Source: Abditibacteriaceae bacterium (GTDB lineage Bacteria; Armatimonadota; Abditibacteriia; Abditibacteriales; Abditibacteriaceae). Taken from it: a stretch of DNA of 64,000 nucleotides. The notes under the pieces are model-generated. The model was not told the origin of the DNA. It saw only the letters and a program-made list of their open reading frames with translations, and did no database searches. The position numbers and the translations under genes are program-made. Positions 58,977 to 64,000 of this stretch are shown here, piece after piece. Every line of letters begins with the position of its first letter. The stretch's first letter is position 1. The stretch lies in the NCBI GenBank assembly GCA_965277285.1, contig OZ255721.1:1408001-1472000 (forward strand). The letters run 5' to 3'.

Positions 58977-59372
58977 ATGAAACACGAGTTGCAATTTCAT
59001 CAGGAACTTTGGAGTTTTGAACTCGACGAATCGTTTCGCGTGCAGATTTTGGATTTCAGCGTGATGTTCTGGCGAGCGAAGCAGGCCATTTACGTGAGCC
59101 TTCAAGGTGACGAAAACGTTTCTCTGTTCCAAGAGCGCGTTCGCAAAGATGTTCCTGCGGAATCAGAAGTCTTTGAATTCCAGCAGAACCGCCTGATGAA
59201 ATTTGGTTTTCTCGTGCTTCAGGAAAAAGAAACCGCTTCTTACTGGCAATTCACGACATATTCTTTTTCCACGTTGAGTTACGCGCTGCTCGTTTATGAA
59301 TTTGATGATCGCAAATCTCTCGATTGGGCGTTAAATTGTTGGAAGTCTGTCGAATGTCAACCAGCCGAATGA
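58977..59372 (+). CDS. hypothetical protein
   Basis: ORF fills the gap in an apparent operon. Confidence 0.5.
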   Translation: MKHELQFHQELWSFELDESFRVQILDFSVMFWRAKQAIYVSLQGDENVSLFQERVRKDVPAESEVFEFQQNRLMKFGFLVLQEKETASYWQFTTYSFSTLSYALLVYEFDDRKSLDWALNCWKSVECQPAE

Positions 59373-59409
59373 TCGTGCTACACATTGCAATTTTTTATTT
59401 CTATTTTTC

Positions 59410-60759
59410 ATGTCCACACTTCTCCCCAACTCAACTACAGAAACCGAAGAAGTGCCAATTGATGGCGCTGAACTCGACGATGAGACTTTGCAACCCAAGA
59501 CGCGCGACAAAGGCGCGATGTGGCGCGCGTTGCGACATCGCAATTATCGCTTGTTTTTCAGCGGACAAATCATTTCTCTGGTCGGCTCGTGGATGACGCA
59601 ACTGGCGATGAGCTGGCTGGTTTATCGACTGACCAAATCGCCCTTATTGCTGGGCGTCGTAGGTTTCGCCGGACAGATTCCGACGTTTTTCATTTCACCG
59701 TTTGCGGGCGTCTGGCTCGACCGTCAAAACCGTCATCGAGTACTCGTTTTCACACAAACGCTGGCGATGATCCAATCGCTGGCGCTGGCGTTTTTAGCGA
59801 TTGCGGGCCTCATTCAAATCTGGCACATCATAGCGCTGGCTATATTTCAAGGTCTCATAAACGCCTTTGATATGCCAGCGCGACAAGCCTTTGTCGTCGA
59901 AATGGTGGAAGATCGCGCCGATTTGAATAACGCCATCGCGCTCAATTCCTCGATGGTCAACATGGCGCGATTGGTCGGGCCAGCGCTGGCCGGTTTGGTG
60001 ATCGCGCGCACGAACGAAGGTTTTTGTTTTCTGATCGATGGCTTGAGTTATATCGCCGTCATCGGCAGTTTGTTGATGATGCGCGTCAAGCCGCACGTTC
60101 AAAAAGCACGTACAGAAAGCGCGCTGCAATCGTTGAAAAGCGGTTTGAATTACATCAACAATTTCAAGCCGATTCGCTCGATCTTGCTGATGATGGGTTT
60201 TATCAGCCTGACCGGAATGTCTTACATGACGCTGATGCCGGTCATCGTTGGCAACTTGCACGGCACAGCCGGAACCCAAGGCACCTTGATGATGGGTTCG
60301 GGCGTCGGTGCTTTGGCGGGCGCTTTATATCTGGCCTCAAAGAAGAACATTCTCGGCCTGGGCGGAACTCTGGTTCGTGCGCCCGCCGTGCTGGGAATCG
60401 GCTTGTTTGCGCTCGCCTGGTCGCATTCGGTGTGGCTTTCGTTCCTCATTTTGATGGTGACGGGTTGCGGCACCATCGGGCAAATTACGGCGAGCAACAC
60501 GCTGGTGCAAACTCTGGTGGACGAAGACAAGCGTTCGCGCGTGATGAGTTTTTTTACCGTGGCGTTTTTGGGAATGTCGCCGTTTGGAAGTTTGCTGGCG
60601 GGTTCCGTGGCACATCGTTTCGGCGTGTCACACGCATTGGAAGCGGCGGCAGCCTGTTGCCTGCTCGCCTCGTTCTGGTTTTCATCGCAACTTCCCGAGT
60701 TGCGCGAACAAGCGCGCCCACGTATGGAAAAACTGGGCATTTTGTCGTCGGAAAGTTGA
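59410..60759 (+). CDS. MFS transporter
   Basis: ALRHRNYRLFFSGQ, GVWLDRQNR, ~12 TM segments. Confidence 0.93.
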   Translation: MSTLLPNSTTETEEVPIDGAELDDETLQPKTRDKGAMWRALRHRNYRLFFSGQIISLVGSWMTQLAMSWLVYRLTKSPLLLGVVGFAGQIPTFFISPFAGVWLDRQNRHRVLVFTQTLAMIQSLALAFLAIAGLIQIWHIIALAIFQGLINAFDMPARQAFVVEMVEDRADLNNAIALNSSMVNMARLVGPALAGLVIARTNEGFCFLIDGLSYIAVIGSLLMMRVKPHVQKARTESALQSLKSGLNYINNFKPIRSILLMMGFISLTGMSYMTLMPVIVGNLHGTAGTQGTLMMGSGVGALAGALYLASKKNILGLGGTLVRAPAVLGIGLFALAWSHSVWLSFLILMVTGCGTIGQITASNTLVQTLVDEDKRSRVMSFFTVAFLGMSPFGSLLAGSVAHRFGVSHALEAAAACCLLASFWFSSQLPELREQARPRMEKLGILSSES

Positions 60760-60768
60760 TGGAGAAAA

Positions 60769-60864
60769 TGAACCACAGAGACACGGAGGACACAGAGAAA
60801 AGAAGAGAGTGGTTTGTTCGAGTACCTAATTTCCTCTCTGTGTCCTCCGTGTCTCTGTGGTTCA
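60769..60864. repeat. CACAGAG-type intergenic inverted repeat
   Basis: TGAACCACAGAGACACGGAGGACACAGAG and its reverse complement. Confidence 0.85.
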
Positions 60865-60881
60865 AAAGTCGTTGGAAAATT

Positions 60882-61865
60882 ATGTTGCAAGACAATCACA
60901 ATCGCGTTTTGAGTTACCTTCGCATCAGCGTCACCGAGCGATGCAATTTTCGCTGCGTGTATTGTATGCCCGCCGAAGGTGTCGCGCTTTCGCCGCGCGA
61001 AGACATTTTGACCTTTGAAGAAATCGCGCGCGTGGCTCACGTCGGTGCAACGTTGGGTTTGTCGAAGATTCGCTTGACGGGCGGCGAACCGACCGTACGC
61101 CGCGATTTGCCGAAACTGGTCGCAATGCTCCGCGCCATCGACGGCATCCACGAAATCGCCATGACGACCAACGCCGCGCTTTTGGGCGAACTCGCGCGAC
61201 CTTTGAAAGATGCCGGAATGAATCGCGTCAACATTTCGCTGGACACTTTGCAACGCGAACGCATGAAAACTTTGTCGCGCCGCGATTTGTTTGATGACGT
61301 GATAAATGGCATTCGAGCCTCACACGACAACAGTTTGTCTCCCAAGTTCAACGCCGTCGTAATGCGCGGCTTGAACGATGACGAACTGCCGGATTTAGTC
61401 GAGTTCGCGCACAGTTACGGGGCGCAAATGCGTTTCATCGAATGGATGCCGATGGGCGCCGCGGGCTTGGACAAAAAGAATCGCTGGGTTTCAACCGAGG
61501 AAATGCTGCAACTTTTGCAATCGAGTACTCGATTTGATTTGGTGCGCGAAGACGGCGACGTAAGTGATCCGGCACGCGGCTGGATTTGTCGCAAAACGGG
61601 CGCGCGCATCGCCTTTATTTCTTCGATGAGCGACAGCTTTTGTGCGACCTGCAACCGCATGAGATTAACAGCCGAAGGCGGCCTGCGGCCGTGTTTGCAT
61701 CAGGACGCCGAAGTCGATGTGCGCGCCCTTTTGCGCAACAACGGCAGCGATAACGAACTCGAAAATGCCTTTCGCCAAGCCGTCGATTTGAAGTGGGCGG
61801 GCCATCACATGACAGATTTTATCCCGTTGTATAGCCGCAAAGACATGGTTTTAATCGGCGGATAA
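60882..61865 (+). CDS. moaA: GTP 3',8-cyclase MoaA
   Basis: YLRISVTERCNFRCVYC, LTGGEP, FCATCNRMR, C-terminal IGG. Confidence 0.96.
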   Translation: MLQDNHNRVLSYLRISVTERCNFRCVYCMPAEGVALSPREDILTFEEIARVAHVGATLGLSKIRLTGGEPTVRRDLPKLVAMLRAIDGIHEIAMTTNAALLGELARPLKDAGMNRVNISLDTLQRERMKTLSRRDLFDDVINGIRASHDNSLSPKFNAVVMRGLNDDELPDLVEFAHSYGAQMRFIEWMPMGAAGLDKKNRWVSTEEMLQLLQSSTRFDLVREDGDVSDPARGWICRKTGARIAFISSMSDSFCATCNRMRLTAEGGLRPCLHQDAEVDVRALLRNNGSDNELENAFRQAVDLKWAGHHMTDFIPLYSRKDMVLIGG

Positions 61866-61869
61866 AGGA

Positions 61870-61984
61870 ATTCACCGCAGAGGACGCTGAGAACGCAGAG
61901 GAGAAAACGAGACGTTTCGAGTACTCGATCTCGTCGTTTCTTTTTCCTTTTTTCTCAGCGCTCTCAGCGTCCTCTGCGGTAAAT
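61870..61984. repeat. CGCAGAG-type intergenic inverted repeat
   Basis: ACCGCAGAGGACGCTGAG...CTCAGCGTCCTCTGCGGT; left arm also near 26598-26630. Confidence 0.8.
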
Positions 61985-62001
61985 CCAACAGGAGATGAAC
62001 A

Positions 62002-62268
62002 ATGACAGACGAAAATATCGTTTTAGGTGATGAAATTGAGCCAGACGAATCGCGGACGCCGCAGGAATTTGCGCGCGATGAAATGTTGACGATTGAGCAA
62101 GCCGCCATTCGCGTTGGTTGTCCGGCGGCGCGCATCCGCGAATGGATTTCGTCTGGCCAGTTACAAACGCAAAGCGAAGGCTCGATCCAACGTATTTCAC
62201 GCCGCGAACTCGACCGACTGGGCAATCCTGACGATAAAGCGGCACAAGCCTTTGAAAGAAAAAATTAG
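62002..62268 (+). CDS. excisionase-like helix-turn-helix protein
   Basis: MLTIEQAAIRVGC....IREWISSGQL...RISRREL; AGGAG RBS. Confidence 0.75.
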   Translation: MTDENIVLGDEIEPDESRTPQEFARDEMLTIEQAAIRVGCPAARIREWISSGQLQTQSEGSIQRISRRELDRLGNPDDKAAQAFERKN

Positions 62269-62367
62269 CCACAAAGAACACAAAGAGAATCGAGTACTCA
62301 AAGACAAAATGTGTCGCTGTGACAGTGGCTTTCTCACTCTTTGTGTTCCTTGTGTTCTTTGTGGCTA
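62266..62367. repeat. CACAAAG-type intergenic inverted repeat
   Basis: TAGCCACAAAGAACACAA...TTGTGTTCTTTGTGGCTA. Confidence 0.75.
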
Positions 62368-62388
62368 TAGCAATTAAGGAGCAAAGCG

Positions 62389-62847
62389 ATGACGAACGAA
62401 GACTTCGCCACGCAGATGATTGATGTCGGCGCGAAAAGCGAAACAACGCGCGAAGCGGTCGCGTGCGGCACCATTTCGATGACACACGAAACGTTGGAAA
62501 TGGTAAAATCAAGCACTTTGCCCAAGGGCAATGCGCTTGAAACAGCGCGCGTCGCAGCCATTATGGCGGCCAAAAATACGCCGCAAATCGTGCCTTTGTG
62601 CCATCCGCTCTTGATTTCACACGTTGGTTGCGAATTCAGTTTTGATGAAGAGCAAAACACGATTTGTGTTCAAACGCGCGTGCGTTGCGTTGGTAAAACC
62701 GGCGTCGAAATGGAAGCTTTGGCTGCTGCGAGCGTTGCGCTTTTAACGATTTACGACATGACCAAAGGTGTCGATAACACGCTGAAAATCCGCGACATTA
62801 TTCTGCTGGAAAAACGCGGCGGCAAAAGCGGCGATTGGATTCGCTGA
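62389..62847 (+). CDS. moaC: cyclic pyranopterin monophosphate synthase MoaC
   Basis: MIDVGAK, KGNAL, IVPLCHP, TGVEMEAL, TIYDMTK, EKRGGKSG. Confidence 0.96.
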   Translation: MTNEDFATQMIDVGAKSETTREAVACGTISMTHETLEMVKSSTLPKGNALETARVAAIMAAKNTPQIVPLCHPLLISHVGCEFSFDEEQNTICVQTRVRCVGKTGVEMEALAAASVALLTIYDMTKGVDNTLKIRDIILLEKRGGKSGDWIR

Positions 62848-62861
62848 GCCTCAATAAACCG

Positions 62862-62900
62862 ACAGGGCGGCGGTTCTCTTTCGAGAATCGCCGCCCTGTT
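62862..62900. terminator. bidirectional terminator hairpin
   Basis: ACAGGGCGGCGGTTCTC...GAGAATCGCCGCCCTGT between convergent genes. Confidence 0.75.
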
Positions 62901-62954
62901 AGTTAGCAAACACGTTTCTTGTTTGCTCATCGAGTTTTGTACGCCTTCGATGAC

Positions 62955-64000
62955 TTATGCGGCCTGACTTCCCGAGCCAGAGATCGAGATATAACCGTTG
63001 GTGAGGTTGCCACCAGCATTGTAGTAGGGCGTCAAGCTGCCCGGCTTGTAAAGCTGCACGCTGAAGGTGTCGCTCGAGCCCAAGTTGTGCGTCACGGTCA
63101 CTACAAAGGCGATAACTTGGGCGTTCGGCTGCTTGCCGAGCGTGTAAACACCCGAGAAGGTGGCGCTGGTTCCGGCGTTGTTGAAGGTCAGGCTTTGAAT
63201 TGCCGTACCCACAATCGTCGGGCCGCCGTTGCGCGAGAAGGTAAAGGTTCCGGTGGCTTGCGGGCCGCCGTTCACCGTCGTGGCGCTGAACCCAAAGTTG
63301 CCGCGATTGTTGCCCGCGGTGTTGATGGTGCCATAACCCGATACCTGACCGTTGAGAGCGATTGCTGTTGTGACTGTCGTCGTGACGGGAGGGCCAGGAA
63401 TGGGAGCGACGCCGCTGGCTTCAATGGTGTAGCCGCTGTTGGTAATGGTCGCGCCCTGAGCGGCTGTGATGTGAACCGTGAAGGACACGGTTTGCGAACT
63501 GATGTTGCCGTTCACCACGCCGACGTTGAACACAACGCTGCCATTGGAAAGCGTGCCGCCATTGGTCGCTGAAATGAACGTCGTGCCCGCAGGCAGAGGA
63601 TCGCGGATGATGACGCTGCTCGCATTGACGCTGCCGGTATTGGCATAAGTCAGCGTATAAGTCAGCGTGCCGTTGGATGCAGCGGTTGCTGGCGCGCTTT
63701 TCGTGATGGTCAGGCCAGGCGCGAGACCCGGCGGCTCAAAGCGCACCGAACCGGTACCGCGTCCAATGTTTGTTGATGCCACAGGAACATAGTAGGTTGT
63801 TGCACCGACTGCCGTAAAGGGCGCGCGAACGAAGATCGGTGCTTCGCTTCCAGAGTCGTTGCCCGTGATGATCGCGGTCTGGCTGTCGGCGCTGATACCG
63901 ACATCTTCAAAGCCTTCAGTTCCTGTTGGCAAAGGCAAGGTGTCCACGTTCGAGGACGCCGTAAAGGGCGCGCTGATGGCAAAGGCGTTGTGAGATTCCG
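62955..64000 (-). CDS. DUF11-domain secreted protein, 3' part (continues beyond window)
   Basis: LTITKSAP...LTYTLTYANTG...V.I.DPLPAGTTFISA. Confidence 0.8.
   Translation of the reverse strand, partial: ESHNAFAISAPFTASSNVDTLPLPTGTEGFEDVGISADSQTAIITGNDSGSEAPIFVRAPFTAVGATTYYVPVASTNIGRGTGSVRFEPPGLAPGLTITKSAPATAASNGTLTYTLTYANTGSVNASSVIIRDPLPAGTTFISATNGGTLSNGSVVFNVGVVNGNISSQTVSFTVHITAAQGATITNSGYTIEASGVAPIPGPPVTTTVTTAIALNGQVSGYGTINTAGNNRGNFGFSATTVNGGPQATGTFTFSRNGGPTIVGTAIQSLTFNNAGTSATFSGVYTLGKQPNAQVIAFVVTVTHNLGSSDTFSVQLYKPGSLTPYYNAGGNLTNGYISISGSGSQAA

Larger units (their letters stand above)
146..61928. repeat. dispersed highly iterated palindrome TCGAGTACTCGA
   Basis: About 50 perfect copies by hand count (e.g. 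146, 820, 2366, 2995, 4933, 7522, 8595, 9188, 10307, 25864, 41200, 50885, 61917), plus near matches. Confidence 0.97.

Noticed and set aside
60024..60881. 613-aa N-terminally extended MoaA
   Set aside because: The extension overlaps the MFS gene out of frame and crosses an inverted repeat; MoaA similarity starts at 60882
62002..62268. Prophage or ICE excisionase
   Set aside because: It lies between moaA and moaC with no integrase nearby; more likely a small regulator

Overview
Bacterial chromosomal window. DUF1559/H-X9-DG prepilin-like genes and the gene content suggest Armatimonadota, possibly Abditibacterium-like (inference only). Housekeeping and carbohydrate genes (recO, GH99-like, GH18, GH5, aminotransferase III, moaA, moaC) surround four unusual elements. 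(1) An uncharacterised gene (6743-7477) is followed on the same strand by two circularly permuted tRNA-like RNAs with Y-RNA/YrlA-like architecture; no Ro60 gene lies in the window. (2) A 390-bp HNH endonuclease unit sits in the 5' end of tRNA-Pro(CGG), flanked by a 19-bp duplication. (3) A ~27-kb locus (28.7-56.1 kb) joins three TPR-CHAT proteases, an S8 protease fused to a PvdP/tyrosinase-like domain, a nucleotide cyclase, RyR, GAF, S8 and Crp genes to a class IV lanthipeptide cluster with three Tyr-rich NHLP-leader precursors and a cNMP-domain ABC exporter. (4) The 12-bp palindrome TCGAGTACTCGA occurs about 50 times by hand count, in genes and in intergenic DNA. All calls come from reading motifs by eye; no searches were run.
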